A DNA stretch of 64,000 bases from Chiloscyllium plagiosum (lineage: Eukaryota). Under the pieces are notes generated by a model. It was not told the DNA's origin. It did no database searches and saw only the letters and a list, made by a program, of their open reading frames with translations. The stretch lies in the NCBI RefSeq assembly GCF_004010195.1, contig NC_057719.1, forward strand, positions 66,989,776-67,053,775, written 5' to 3'. Below are positions 37,191 through 51,996 of the stretch, one piece after another. The position numbers and the translations under genes are program-made. Each line of letters begins with the position of its first letter. Position 1 is the first letter of the stretch.

Positions 37191-39710
37191 AATGTAATAT
37201 ATGTAATTCATAACAAGTATTTCTGTACAGTACTGGGATCTCAAGAAAATGTTGAAAATGTGAGAATGTTTGTGAAAATTGGTGGATATTTTCCACATTA
37301 TTTAATTGTGTTTTCTCTTCAATAACAACCTGTACCTAGTTTTTAAACAGTGATATAGAAGCAAGCATTAGTACAAACACTAGTCACTTTTAATAATAAA
37401 TTCCTTCAATTCATGAAGAATCAAGTGCACCCCTTGAGCAGCAGATTAAGATTGGACATTGATTAAAGAAAATAACAATTTTGTAGAGTTACACATGGGG
37501 TTAACCTGAAATTTTGCATTAGTGGAAAACAGTCAAAAAGATGCACAATCCATGATTGACTTTTACATGGAAAAGGTGAATTAGTGATAGGTCTCCAATG
37601 TCACAACTTTATACTACTGCTAAAACAATGTTACTTCTGATTTGTTTTAAACATAAATGTGACTTGGCGGAGATGGCCATTTCAAATGTGTGTGTGTATT
37701 TTAAATAAATACAATGACTTGCACGCACATTTTTGATAGCATAAAGTTTATACAGAACATATATTCATTATTCTAAAATAAAAGTTCTCAGAAGGAATCT
37801 TTTTAAAAATAAGTTGTATTATTAGAATTCACAGTATATTTCTAACATTCCCCTAATAAGTGAGAGGAAGATGTTACCAATACTATCATTTTGTTCCTCA
37901 CATTTAGTGCCAATTTTAATGTAAGGCTCAGACTCTGTTGTAAAGGTTCTGTTGAAGTAATTACATTACTTACTCCAAAGATCTGATCACAGTCACCAAA
38001 ACACCTTTAGCCAAGGAAGATTTTGGAGAACTATTTTCACACTATGCTCATCTACAGAACAATGGCAACAGCATTTCAAAATAATTTATTCTGTGAGAGG
38101 TATTAGCAACATCAGGAAAGGCACTCTGTAAATACAAGGACATTTTTTCCTTTTACCCAGAAAGCTCCTTGAAAATAAAAGGATGCTATACCTTTATAAG
38201 TGTTAAGCGTCTTAAATAAAGAATCATCACAATGATTTTACTGAAAGCTTTTGTTACAAGGCAAATCATCAATCTATACCAATGAATTGCATCCCTCCCT
38301 GCCTTTCCACTTAAACCTAATAAAACATACAGACCTAATCAAGTCATCAAAGATAAATCACAATGAATTGAGAGTCACCCCAGAATCACTCAGAAGCCTC
38401 TATCTTTAGCCCTAGAAGTGTCAGAGCTATTATGAGGGAAGCTCAGCTAATGGTATACAATAACTTCAGTTTTTTTATGGGCATTTAAAGCCACTTCAGG
38501 CACACATATAAAGCACGCATATTCAGAGGTAAGGTTGTGACCTTTAATTCAGCACTTTTTAAAAAAAAGAAATTCAGATTTCTAGCATCTGCAGTATTTT
38601 AATTTTGTATTGTTGTAGCCATATTCAGTTCAGAACTGAGTGAATGATCAAATTTAAGTTGTTAAATCCAAAAGTGTACAGTAGCACATACATGTGGCAT
38701 ATTCAGTCGTAAATCAAATATTTCATGCACAGATGCCTATAAATGAAGACTCTGTATTTTGAACCAGAATATACATATTGTGTTTGATTATGCTGCATTG
38801 TTACAAAACCACAGTGTGAAATTTCTGCATGTTATACCTCTCTCTGGTAGTTAGCCCCAATCCAATCTCATTCATACAAGCTACAAGCTTTAAACAGGTA
38901 TATTGCATCTTAGTCTAAAAATACTCATGAATGTTTGTAATGCCGATGTAAACATTATTGAAAGCACCCTGTAGTATAGTCCCAAATCTGATGGGCACAT
39001 CAATTAAGAAGTTGTCCTTAGCTTTGAGAATTAAATGGGCATATAATTCAGTGTAAACTGCTGAGAGGTTTGATTTGAAAGAGAGCAAATGTCACTTTTA
39101 TCTGCTGACATCAACTCGGGTAAGGGCACAGGGTGTTAAGATAAGAGACCTGTAAATAGCTGAAATATATTATTTTGTTTCTGTTTTCTAAGTATGAACT
39201 ATACTGCAGCCACATTTCTTTCCACTATCTGAATAAACCAATACTTCACTCTGTGTGTATTACAAATTATATTAGCTTATGTTATTCAGTCTGCATTGCA
39301 GTAAATTAAATTGACATTTGGAGAGTGTAAGTCACTTGTATATTCAGGCTTAACTTAAAATGTATATTTAAGATTGTCAGATCAGGTACTGTAAATGTTA
39401 GTAGAAATTTTACTCAAATCTTTATGTAAAATGAAAAGCAGTAAGATGGCATTCACATTGAATTCACATTGAATCACCCCTTAAAGACCCAAGGAGCTTT
39501 AAGGCTCTGTTAAGTGACTTCTTTTGATATAAAATAAGCAAGTAGTTGTGCTTTCTAGTGCATGTATATATGTATAATTGTACAATACATTTTTGTTTCT
39601 GTAACTTGACTCGTTTGTGATGGTTAAGTAATCTGTAGCATGATGTAATAATTAAGATTGATTCTTTTGTTTAACATAGCAAACATTAAATAATACATTT
39701 CAAAAAATAT
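37191..39710 (+). other. RASGRP1: Probable RASGRP1 3' UTR (end uncertain)
   Basis: About 2.5 kb AT-rich, largely repeat-free stretch after the stop; several AATAAA and an ATTAAA at 39685-39690. Confidence 0.5.
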
Positions 39711-40550
39711 ATTCTACTCCAGTCTGATATTATTTCAGTGTGAACCTGTGGCCAAATGGACTGCAATTCTTTTCTGGCAGTCGCCTACAAGGTATGATTA
39801 CCCGTCAAAGTATCTGGATAATAGCTGTAGTCTTCCACAGAGCCCACCCAATTTAAAATGGTTAAGCACAGTTCTGGTTGGATACAATTAACTAATTGAT
39901 GTCAAATGTTGACTAGCTTGGATGAACTAAAGTGTTATAAACTGAAATGGAAGGGTAGAATATTTACAATCTCACAGACCATTAAGGTGAATGTTTGAAA
40001 AGTCTTTTGACATCAAGGCAGTTTGTGCATGCAAACTCAGGCTTGCCCTGGTGATTTGTCACCAATCCTCGGAATACTTGCAGGGAAGTAACCAACCTGT
40101 TTTGTAACTAACCTGTTCAGAGATGTTATTATGCATCACTTGGCCAAGTGGGATTTGAACACAGTTCTTCTGGTTCAGATTACTACCACAACACTACAAG
40201 GAGGGAATGTTTACAATGCCATCTGAACAGGTGGCATTGCAAGTCGTGTATGTTAATTGTAAAAGTGGCAGTAAGCACAGCTGATGTTTGGATTATTGAG
40301 TTGTGGTTTTTGATTTGAATTATTACTGTCACACGTACAGTGAATTTTGTATAGATACATTTAAAAGTATTGTATGCTGAGACAAATCATACCTTACATG
40401 TGCATCAGGGTAATAGAACAGATTGCAAAATATAGTATTACAGCTACAGAGAAAATGCAGAGAAAGATCAATATATGAGAGATCCATTCATATGTCTGAT
40501 AACAGCGGGGAAGTTCAAATCTGTTCAAACAAGTTTTCAAACCTTTAAAC

Positions 40551-40660
40551 GGTTCTGAGGAAGGATCACTGGACCTGAAATGTTAACTCTGATTTCTCTC
40601 CACAGATGCTGCTAGACCTGCTACACTTTGTTTCTGATTTCCAGCATCTTTCGATTTTTG
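40551..40660 (+). mobile_element. PLE-derived short insert (family C)
   Basis: ggttCTGAGGAaggatcactggacctGAAATGTTaact followed by the family C 3' sequence. Confidence 0.65.
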
Positions 40661-42487
40661 TTCAATTGGATTGATCCAGATTTCCTGTGAATATATGTAG
40701 TGATTCACAGTGCATTTGCCAGGGTAAAACCATAAAAAAACTTCCTAAATCCGGTAGTAACACATAAAAACATCATATTCTCTTTTGTTTTTCAATATAC
40801 AGACACCTGATCCCAGCAGTTATGGATTGGCAGAAATATATCTTATTTCCCCCCCTCAGACTGCAGGTTAATATAATAAGTCTGCTGAAATAGTGGTTTG
40901 TAGCCATCTATACCAGTAAGAAAAATGTCCCAAAGCCTGTCATAAATATATCCTCTAAATGGAGGTTGTGTAGTCAAGTTGAATATCAAAAATCTTATGC
41001 TAAATAGAAATGTGAACATTAATATGAAGCGAAATAAAAGGGCAGATCCACCCAGGTGATCAGAAGTTCTTTACTCTTGGGTGGGAACTCAGCGAAGTAA
41101 GTACAAACACATCAGGGAGTGGCAGCTGCTGACAACCACAAGGAAGGATCATCAATATTAAGGTAAACAGAATAGCTTGTTATATCACAGCACTTGGAGG
41201 CCAAATGTTTCCTTGTATGGCCCCAAGGAATAAAAATAGCTGTCTGGCTAGACTGCTTGTAGGTTCCTGCTCTCAGCAGACTTGGCCTAGTGGGAAAAGT
41301 CTTTTTGCTCTGCTCAGGTTTTAATCACAGATTGGACACATGACTTCATCTGAGCCCAATTTTCACATTTAAAGTAGACTTTGCTGACTTGGGGGGTAGG
41401 TCACTGCTGTCTGCAATTTTAAATTGCACCTTTTTACATTGGAATGAGAAAAGAATTATTACTCCCTACCTGAGGTGCCAGTGTGTTAGGGTCAGATTCT
41501 TTTTGGAGAATATATAATTTGTTTGCCTAAAAAGGTTGAAGAAAGTTTGGGAGTGAAAATGCAGCATAGCACATTTGGTTTTGCTCTCTCCTTTAACTGA
41601 AAGATAACTCTATTCCCACTGTGGATGCTTGAGGTAATTGGCATTAAATAGATAAAGAGGGAGACATTTGTAATGAACATACAGTTCTTTGACGCAATGG
41701 TTGTGTTCTTGTACAGCCCCACATTATAGAAAAATTGTGCTTTAGAAACAGCACTTAAAATGTTGGTGATGTAATTGCATTACAGCCAACACACATTTTA
41801 AAAGTTCGAGCTTAATAAAACGGTGTTCCCAATTTGTCAATCGTGTTACAGCGAATCAGTGTTAATGAAATGTATGTTATAGCAGATGACCTGTACTGTT
41901 GTGTATTAAACTGAGTAAGACTAACACATGCCCAGCTGCAGACAACCATTAATGGACTATCTTCTCTCCCATGACAGAGAACGCAATATAAGAACATGCT
42001 CAAAACTTGCAGTAGCTTACACATCTTCACTTGAAAAAAAAGTGTAGCAATTTACATTTTATTGTATTGTATACAGGCCCCCTAAATGCAGGATGACTAA
42101 ACCAACATCAATAACTTGTCTGTTGCACACTTACATTTATTGCAATCGCAGTGAAAATGTATGTGATCAATACCAGTCATTAACATGTACCAACCAATAC
42201 ATGTTTAATAAAAATATAATGACTTGATAAGAATTAATTAAAAGATAACCTATTTCTTTTTCCTTTCAACACACTTCCAATTAACCTATCTGGTTTCTTA
42301 CTATGTCTGAAATTTGAATTTGACAACCCACTTAATAATTGGAACTGTAATGTTAATTGCTTGTCTTAATCAAAGCCCCTTTACTAGGCCAGGACATTCA
42401 GTGATACAGCAAACTCTCAGTGTCATTATGACTTTCCCTTTTCAATGGTAGAATAATATGAACTGTAGGTTTCTCATGCTCTCACTT

Positions 42488-42822
42488 CATAGAATTATAG
42501 AATCTCTACAGTGTGGAAACAAGCCATTCAGCCCATTGAGTCCACACCGCCCTTCCAAACAGCATCCCATCCAGACCCACCCCATTCCTAACCCTGCATT
42601 TCCCATGACTAATCCACTTCTAGCCTGCACATTCTTGGACACTGTGCAATTTAGCATGACCAATCCACCTAACCTGTATATCTTTGGATTGTGGGAGGAA
42701 ACTGGAACACCCAGAAGAAACCCACGCAGGGATGGGGACAATGTGCAAAGCACACAAAGGCACCTGAGGGTGGAATCGAACCCGGTTCCCTGGCATTGTG
42801 AGGCAGCAGGCTAACTACTGAG
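42488..42822 (-). mobile_element. tRNA-derived SINE (HE1-like)
   Basis: Matches 9481-9838; B-box-like ggttcgattcc on -. Confidence 0.85.
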
Positions 42823-45599
42823 TTGCACGTCAGATGCTTTGTCAAATGCTCCCACAAAGCTGGAGGTGACCTAACTACTGGCAAGTTGATTGATGGGAGA
42901 ATCAAACAATAGCTAGATCAATGGTGAATAACTGCACTGGGATATTCAAACCAATCTTAAAGGATTTTAAAAACTACCTCATTTTAGGATCTGAATATTT
43001 ATATATTCACCATAGTTTAAATGACTGATCCAGGCAGCAATGGTGGTAATGTCACTTGACCTGTACACTAAAGGTCCACACTAATTTCCAGGGAACACAA
43101 ATTCAATTGCAGAATTTGAATTCAATCCATAAAACCTGGAAATGAAACCTTGTCACAGCAATGGTCACCATAATGCGATAATTGATTTTTAGAAATGTTG
43201 TGTAAGCTGTGGAACCAACCCCTAAGCAGCTAATAGTTGGGGTAGAGAGCTGCTACTTGATAGATATTTTAATGAATTTACTCAGACATGTTTGTACACA
43301 CCACAAGGTAGGTTAGACTTGAACACAAGCCATCTGGCTGAAAGGTACATGACCACAAGAGCCCTTTATAACTTGGCAGAGATAAAGACAAACATAGTCA
43401 GCAGGATTGCAAACCATATGGGGAGGCTCTGGGGATTTTTAATCCATCACCTAAATCTCTCGGCCATAACCACCAGCCTAATCAACCTTCCTATACTAAG
43501 TCTGTTTGCTTAACATTGGTGGAGTATAAACTATTAGTGACTCGTAACAACAAGTTTTCTATCAGAACAATTTGTAGTTTTTACATGATAGCAATAAATA
43601 CAGGTTATATTGGCTACTTAGACATTATAATTCAGAATATCAGGAGGCACTGATGACATTTTTATTGTCATAAGGATTGTGAGATAGACTTTATGAGATT
43701 GGATGGAGCTTGGTGGAGTCTTAAACATTATCCCTTTCAGAACCCATGACAGTGAAAAAGCATATGGTTCGTTTAATGTCCTTTAGGGACACAAATCTAT
43801 CGCTTATAGCTCACGTTGTCTATATGTGACTCCCATCCTACAGCAATGGGGTCCACTCCAAATTGACCTCTGATATATTCCAGTCATTCACTCAGCACAA
43901 GGATAATTAAGGATGGGCAACAAATGCTAGCCTTAGCAGTGACACCAGTGAAAGAATTTCTTTTAAAAAAAATCAGAGATAAAAACAACAGTCTTTGGTC
44001 AATTAAGCAATGATATGCCTCACTTGATTGAGTTTTTACATCTCTGAAGCATAACAACACCCAGATGATAACTTGGAACCCCTCTACCAGACGTTGCAAT
44101 GATTTGAGCATAATAACTGTGGAATTTCTTTAATGAGTTTGTTTGATGACTAAGGTAAATTGCTGCTGTTCTTGAAATTATTTCTGTGGAGATATTTTCC
44201 ACTACAGCTGGAGGAAATATAACTGTTATTGTGTAACATTGCTTTTGAATGTGTACATATTAATGACATTCAAATTAGACAGAGGAAAAACTGTCCATCC
44301 ATTTGGAATGTAAAATTCTCATCCATGTTTACAAATCCCTTCATGAACTTAGTTCTTCCCATCTCTGTAATCTCCTACAGCCAAAAAAATCCTCGGACAT
44401 ATTTGTACTCATTTAATTCTGGTAGATCTCCTGGTCAATTTCACCATGAAATTTTCAATAGCTCCCACAGCAAAAGATCAGAATGTGGGTCTCAATTATA
44501 CATTTGCAGCATCAATTAAGACCTTGTCTCCTCCCTCAGGTGTTTTGTACCTGCTCAGCCTTATGTGCCATGCTCCCGTTCTGAAGCAAGTACCTGCCAA
44601 ATTCTGCTACCAACCACGAGAACAAACAACTGGAACTGCCAACAACAAATGCACCTCTGCTCACACAGAGAAAGCCGGAAATCAGGCACTGGGGAACTTG
44701 ACCACTGTTCTGGCAATTTCCATTGCTCTGACATTGGTTCTTTATTTTGGAAAGTCCTGTGTCTTTCCTGGCTTTTCATGGCGCATGAGAACGTTATTCT
44801 TGCCTTTTGAGCATCTTTAATTGCTTCCCCATTGATGATTGTGCCACCTATCCATCTGCCTCGCCTCTCTCTCTTTTACGACACTCCTTAAAATCTCTTT
44901 CTTCATGTCTGGGAATTGATCAATGGTTCAATCTTGAATTTTGCTTATGACATTGACAGCATAACGTTTGGATTGAGGAGGAATAGGACTTAATATGTAG
45001 CCTTAATTTGAAACGCATCCCCATTGCGACATCCACCTAATGGAAATGTGGGAGGAACAAAGGTTTAAAATTGTCCAACCCACTACTTTCCTGGCTATCA
45101 TCCCAGATGAAGCCATGAAAGAGCTTCCCCTGTAAAATGTAATTGGAAATTTAAACAACATTCAAGTGTTGCATCTTGATGTCTTTGGCTGCTGGCCAAA
45201 TAAGCATTAAAGTTGTATAATTTTTTGTGCAGGAGAGAAAGGGCAGAAATGAGCCTTCTCACTGTCACCCCTCCCCCATCACCTCTAAAAGTCCTCGGAT
45301 TCCATAACATGTTGATCTAGTTGGAGTTGCTAAGCACACATATTTCCATTGAGGAGAAAGTGAGGTCTGCAGATGCTGGAGATCAGAGCTGGAAATGTGT
45401 TGCTGGAAAAGCGCAGCAGGTCAGACAGCATCCAGGGAACAGGAGAATCGACGTTTCGGGCACAAGCCCTTCTTCAGGAATGGGGAACGTTTGTCCAGCA
45501 GGCTAAGATAAAAGGTAGGGAGGAGGGACTTGGGGGAGGGGCGTCGGAAATGTGATAGGTGGAAAGAGGTCAAGGTGAGGGTGATAGGTCAGACTGGGG

Positions 45600-45694
45600 N
45601 NNNNNNNNNNNNNNNNNNNNNNNNNNNNNNNNNNNNNNNNNNNNNNNNNNNNNNNNNNNNNNNNNNNNNNNNNNNNNNNNNNNNNNNNNNNNNN
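45600..45694. other. Assembly gap (95 N)
   Basis: Run of n. Confidence 1.
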
Positions 45695-45752
45695 CATTTC
45701 CGACGCCCCTCCCCCCTACCTTTTATCTTAGCCTGCTGGACAAACTTTCCCC

Positions 45753-45788
45753 ATTCCTGAAGAAGGGCTTGTGCCCGAAACGTCGATT
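45753..45788 (+). ncRNA. Minimal hammerhead-like motif with intact core
   Basis: attc-CTGAAGA-A-GGGC-TTGT-GCCC-GAAAC-GTC-gatt; mirror copy on - in the left arm. Confidence 0.72.
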
Positions 45789-46334
45789 CTCCTGTTCCCT
45801 GGATGTCGTCTGACCTGCTGCGCTTTTCCAGCAACACATTTCCAGCACATATTTCCATTGACTGCCGGGACTACTCCTACAGGAATGAAGACTCCTGCTA
45901 ATACGTTTTGATTGTCACCCACCCTTCAGGCAGTCAACCTGGCGGTGTCTGTAAAACTGGTAGGACCACCATGTTCCTGATCTTGCTGGGAGTTTGTCAA
46001 CTACAAACAGACTCTCAGCCATCCCACCCTACTGTTAATACTGTCAATCGTTTTTTGGGAAAACAAGTTGTTTAGAGGTCTATTCGAGGAATGGGAGATG
46101 AGTTTAATTTTTTTACCTCCTCTGGAGTGCATCATGTGAGTAATTGCCTTATGATTAGAAACTGCCCCTTCCACCAATCATCAGACTGAATGGGGAAGAG
46201 AGTCATCTCAGTGTTGTTCTCACATGGATCATTACCAGCTCAGAACTACTGTGTGCGCCTCAGAAATATGTGATGTAAGAAACAAAAAAAATTAAAAACA
46301 ATCTACTCTTCAGAAGCTGATTTGCTCTACATTG

Positions 46335-47080
46335 TTGTGACCAGATGAGAAATAATTGACACTTTTTAACCAGTCATCAAATTGATGGATTTAATCCACA
46401 AACTTGAATACTTCAGCCCTTAAGGCTGACTTAGGGTAGTTCCCTCACCAGAGAGGGTTGCTTTTAGTCTCCTGTCTCAGTTTGCGCTGTTTCAATTAGA
46501 ACTCTCTTTCTGGGGCTTCTGTTACATCCTAACTTTCATATGTGTGTGTATGAGTGTGTGTGTCTCCCTCTCTTTCTGTCCATTACATTCTTGGAATTCT
46601 CTTGCCTCATTTCTCTGGAATTCTAATTCCAGTCTCCGTTGCTCCAGTTTCAATTTGCCTGTTTCCTTACCCGCAGTTTCTACCTGTTGATATTTTACCA
46701 CGCATTTCACAATTTCTGTTTGCCTGGCCTTCCTCTTCTGTCCTATACAAAAAAATTAAACAATTGTCATTTCTTCCATGAACAATTTGGGAGTTCCTAA
46801 GTGATTTCTTTCCATTCTATTAAAGCATTGACATTAAACGTGGACATCTTAAAGCACTGACAATGCTAAAATTTTTCTTTTTTTTTAAAACAGTAGCTTT
46901 TGAAGAAAGAACTAGTTTCCTCCCATATCCAATTCTGCTGTTTGCCAGTGATAACATCATGGATTGAGCCTCTCAGTTTCTAACAACAAGTTGAGGAGGG
47001 GTGATTGAATCCCCTTATTCAACAACCTATGAATATTTTATTTAAGCATATAACCATTACACTCCAATTAAATCTAACCA
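46335..47080 (-). mobile_element. Possible degraded LTR-retrotransposon gag-like fragment
   Basis: Coiled-coil-like LKLEQRRLELEFQRNEAREFQ with no splice context. Confidence 0.3.
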
Positions 47081-47087
47081 ATCAAAT

Positions 47088-47402
47088 CAGAAGGGGAGCG
47101 GTTGATGGGAAATATTCATCCTGGAGTTCAGTTACTAATGGTGTACCACAAGGATCTGTTTTGGGGCCTCTGCTGTTTTTTCATTTTTATAAATGACCTG
47201 GATGAGGGCATAGAAGGATGGGTTATTAAATTTGCGTGTGACACTAAAGTTGTGAATAGTGCAGAAGAATAGTGTCGGTTACAGAGGGGCATAGATAAGC
47301 TGCAGAGCTGGGCTGAGAGGTGGCAAATAGAGTTTAATACGGAAAAGCATGAGGCGATTCACTTTGCATGGAGCAACAGGAATGCAGAGTACTGGGCTAA
47401 TA
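47088..47402 (+). mobile_element. CR1 internal fragment
   Basis: DGKYSSWSSVTNGVPQGSVLGPLLF; highly similar to 48290-48600. Confidence 0.85.
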
Positions 47403-48034
47403 GTAATTTCTAGGTTTGCTCAAGTGAGTGCGCCATATTTTACTACCTACTAAAACTTAAAATAATGCATTATAGACATCTTACAGGAAGGTATTGATAA
47501 ATACCATTTAAAGTTCTTGGAGTCCTTGAGCTATGAGGGTGAAACCCGAGTCCACATATTCCTCAAGTGTTGAAGTTTATGCATGTTGTTGAGAGGGACA
47601 GATCTTGTTTATAAATCCTTTTTCCTTGACTCTTAAGAAGCAGCTATTGATATATGTCCATTTGTATATTCCTGAATCTGTCCCTCTCTTTTCTCCAAGC
47701 TGAAAAACCCAGTGGTTTGATTCTCCTTGTCAATATTCAAAGACGAATTCTCATGATTGTTCTGAGCCATCTATCTTTTCTTGGTGCATTCTATTTCTTT
47801 GTAATACCACTGCAGTTTCTATACTTCCTTTCATGATGTCCCCCACCAATCCCCACGCTATTTTCTGGCCTAGTGAGATTTGCTGTGGCATATCTTCTCT
47901 CTTTGTTCTGGGAATAGGAAATTGTTTGACATTCCCTGGAATACTAACATCATCAGATGGATGTTCCGCGCCTTCTTTGTCCTCCACAGTTAAATTGTTA
48001 AATCTGTGGGATAAAGCAATAATTTTATAATCAT

Positions 48035-49280
48035 CTAGAGAGGAATAAGTTGGTTAGGGATAGTCAACATGGTTTTGTGATGGGGGTGTCGTGCCTTGCA
48101 AATCTTATTGAATTCTTTCAGAAGGTGACCAAACAGGTGGATGAGGGTAAAGCGGTTGATGTGGGTGTAAATGGATTTCAGTAAGGCGTTTGATAAGGCT
48201 CCCCACAGTAGCCTGTTACACAAAATACAGAGGCATGGGATTGAGTGTGATTTAGCGGTTTGGATCAGAAATTGGCTAGTTGAAAGAAGACAGAGGGTGA
48301 TGGTTGATGGGAAATGTTCATCCTGGAGTTCAGTTACTAGCGGTGTACCGCAAGGATCTGTTTTGGCGTCTCTGCTGTTGTCATTTTTATAAATGACCTG
48401 GATGAGGGCGTAGAAGGATGGGTTATTAAATTTGCAGATGATACTAAAGTTGTGGATAGTGCAGAAGAAGTGTCGGTTACAAAAAGACAGATAAACTGCA
48501 GAGCTGGGCTGAGAGGCAGCAAATGGAGTTTAATGTGGAAAAGTGTGAGGTGATTCACTTTGCAAGGAGCAACAGGAATAGAGAGTACTGGGCTAATGGT
48601 AAGATTCTTGATAGTGTAGGTGAGCAGGGAGATCTCGGTATCCAGGTACATAGATCCTTGAAAGTTGCCAGCCAGGTTGATAGAGTTGTTAAGAAGGCGT
48701 ACAGTGTGTTAACATTTAGTAGTAGAGGGATTGAGTTTCAGAACCATGAGATCATGCTGCAGCTGTACAAAACTCTGGTGCGCCCACACTTGGAACATCT
48801 GGTCACCGCATTATAGGAGGGAAGCTTTGGAAAGGGTTCAGAGGAGATTTACTAGGATGTTTCCTGATATGAAGGAAAGGTCTGAAGAGGAAAGGCTGAG
48901 GCTGTTTTTGTTAGAGAAGAAGGTTGAGAGGTGACTTAACTGAGACATAGAAGATAATCAGAGGGTTATATAGGGTGGACAGTGAGAACCTTTTTCCTCA
49001 GATGGTGATGGTTAGCAGGAGGGGACATAGCTTTATATGGAGGGGTCATAGATATAGGAAAGATGTCAGAGGTAGTTTCTTTACTCAGTAGTAGGGGCGT
49101 GGAATGCACTGCCTGCAATGGTAGTAGACTTGCCAACTTTAAGGGCATTTAAATGGTCATTGGACAGGCATCTGGACGAGAATTGAATAGTGTAGATTAG
49201 ATGGGCTTCAGATTGTTGCACCAACCTGTGAAACCATAGAGGGCCGAAAGGCCTGTACTGCGCTGTAATGTTCTATGTTC
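48035..49280 (+). mobile_element. CR1 LINE 3' 1.2 kb
   Basis: MDFSKAFDKAPH, SGVPQGSVL, LYKTLVRPHLEH; tail gttctatgttc. Confidence 0.92.
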
Positions 49281-50106
49281 ATCATCAATTGTTATAAGAA
49301 TCCATCTAGGTCATTAATGCTGTTTAGGTAAGAAAATCTCCTATCCTTGCCTCCAGTTTACATTAGATTCCAGTATAAAACATCTACTTGGTTGACTCTA
49401 ACTGCCCTCTGCAATGGGCTCAGCAAGCTACTTAGTTCATGCACGATTTAAGGTGTGCAACAAATACTGATTTTACCACTGAGGCCCGTATCCCATAAAA
49501 GAATAAAACAAAGTTATACTCTCTCCTGGAGTAGTTAAAAGGCTTCTATCACTACATTGCTTTTGGGAGTGGGACTGGCAGAATACAGGGTCTGGTTAGG
49601 AAACACACCAATTCTGTTCACTGCACAGCCAATGGTAAGCTTGCCTGCACGAGAGTTCTCTGATGCCCTGTGCAAATGGAAAATGCTGGACAAGACTAAT
49701 TTTAATTTGGATATCTGTAAGGAACTACTTTGAAGGGGACTGCTCAGATTTTAGAGTCTTGTCAAATCAGCCTAGCCAGTTCCTTTTCTTTTAAAGTATA
49801 TTTTTTACTGAAAAATAGATTTTTAAAAACATTACAACAAATACAAAACAATACAATTCAAAACAATACAAAGAAAAAACACAAAAAAAACCCAACCTGC
49901 CCTCATGTATGAATGTATAAATATATATAGAAAAACATATTAAAATCCCAACTATTTAACTAAATAAATAATAACCAAACTAATAAATAGTAATAACTCA
50001 ACTCAGCCAACACTCATACATTCACAGTTCCTCCTTCCTGGATAGTGGACTTGTAAAGCAGAACTGTTACTTATCAGTTCCTTTAAGCGACAAACAGGCC
50101 ACCAAA

Positions 50107-50146
50107 GCACTGAAGGTGTCACCTAGACAGGGTGCGAAATGTCTGC
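50107..50146 (+). ncRNA. Degenerate hammerhead-like motif, fourth PLE-like family (D)
   Basis: gca-CTGAAGG-tgtcacc-tagacag-ggtgc-GAAAT-GTC-tgc; gca/tgc stem I. Confidence 0.5.
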
Positions 50147-51374
50147 AAATCAACTTGCCAGCTCAGCAAACATACCCACAACCACAAGAACACCAAGTTC
50201 CCACCAAGTCTAGGATTGGTCAGACCAATAGTACTAAAAATGGTGCAGACATCGAACTTTATTAGTTCAATAACCCTACCTCCAGAATTTGTGAAAGGAT
50301 TTTGGCATGGGCAAATGAGTAAGGAGAAGTCCCGTACATTTCTATGACTCTAAGTCCCAATCTCTGGTGTTTTGGAGGCCCAGAAACCAGACTACAACTT
50401 CAGGTTTTCACATCTCTCCAACAGATGATTTGTATCTGAGACCGGAGCAGGAATCTGACCGTTGCCAGAGCAACGGAATATGCAGCTCATATCAGTAAAG
50501 AACACACATGACTAAAAATAACTGCAAGCCCAGTCCCTTATAGTAACAAGTCACAGTGATGTCAGCTCAGAGCTACAAAATAAAGCTGAGAAAAGAGTGG
50601 TAGCAGAGAAGAATGTCCTTGCTAAGTGTTTTTGTATATTATTATTACTGAATTTTACAATGTAATCAAACTCATCGTGTGGAATGATAAGATGTCAATC
50701 CATGAGTCCACTCATTCATGTAAATGTTTGCAGCTCCAAGAGCACCTTCAGTTTGAGGTAAGGAATGATAGTCTAATGGAGTAGGAGGCAAAGAAAGCAA
50801 ACCCAGATTACCACTTTGTTAGCTGCTATTCAAGAGGCATAGAGAAGCAAGAAGTACTGACAGTTTTTAAAAACATCAAAATAGAATTTCACCTTGGTGG
50901 TGGCCTTTGGCAGAGCTGAAAACCGAGGATGTTTTTTAAAAAAAAATCGGATGAAGCAACTGCTTAGTGAACGGGACGAAATGCAATGTGGATACACAGC
51001 ATACAATAAAACACAAGTAGGGAAATAGCCCAGCACTCAGCCTTTCGACACTGACAAAGGGATTGCGTGGTTGCAGATGGTTATCAGGTCAGATTGCAGG
51101 TTACCAGTCGTATAAAAACAATCAGCAATACAGCCGAAAGGCTAAAGAGTAAGGATTGATGCGACTTTCAAAGCCTATGCTAGTTACTGTATCTGAGCTG
51201 CATGTTGGATCTTATGAAGTTGCAACAAACACAACAGCTCTATCATTATTTCCTTGGTGAATTACAGGCTATCCATACAGGCTTTGCACTAATTCAGTTA
51301 AATTAACCTATGCTGGTTTTTACAGTTGTGAAGATAATGGTAGGTGGGCTTAGTGCTTGACATCCCTTTGTAAT

Positions 51375-51687
51375 AGAGTCATAGAGATGTACAGCACGAA
51401 AACAGATCCTTTGGTCCAACTCACCCATTGCGACCAGATATCCCAACCCAATCTAGTCACACCTACCAGCACCCGGCCCATATCCCTCTACACCTTTCCT
51501 ATCCGTATACCCATCTAGATACCTTTTAAATGTTGCAATTGTACCAGTCTCCACCACATCCTCTGGCAACTCATTCCATACATGTACCACCCTCTGCGTG
51601 AAAAAGTTGTCCCTTAGGTCTCTTTTATATCTTTCCCCTCTCACCCTAAACCTATGCCCTCTAGGTTTGGACTCCCCGACCCCAGGG
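51375..51687 (-). mobile_element. CR1 3' fragment
   Basis: FFTQRVVHVWNELPEDVVE; atagagtcatag tail. Confidence 0.88.
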
Positions 51688-51996
51688 CTCCCACTTTCTC
51701 ATATAAACATTAATATTGTATAAATTTAAGAACAGATTTTCCTAGGATTTATCAATTTACATTTAGATAATGCCTTCAACATAAAGTCTCTCTTGTATAC
51801 TATCATGTGTTTAATGGGAAGAAAATTGGCCCAGTAAAGAGTGATTAATTCCTCAGACTATCTTGCAGATAACCGAACATCAACAATATATAAAATACAA
51901 GAACAAGGAGTAGATGACATGTTACACCATTTAATAAGATCATGGTTAATTTCATTATAACTTCAAATCAACATTCCTGCCTGCTCCTGATAAGCT

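Larger units (their letters stand above)
45353..45845. mobile_element. Young fold-back PLE (family A) spanning an assembly gap, 16-bp perfect TSD
   Basis: TSD cacatatttccattga at 45337-45352 and 45846-45861; near-identical inverted arms. Confidence 0.9.

Noticed and set aside
41800..42400. Repeat-free intergenic block as a conserved enhancer
   Set aside because: Cannot be supported without cross-species alignment
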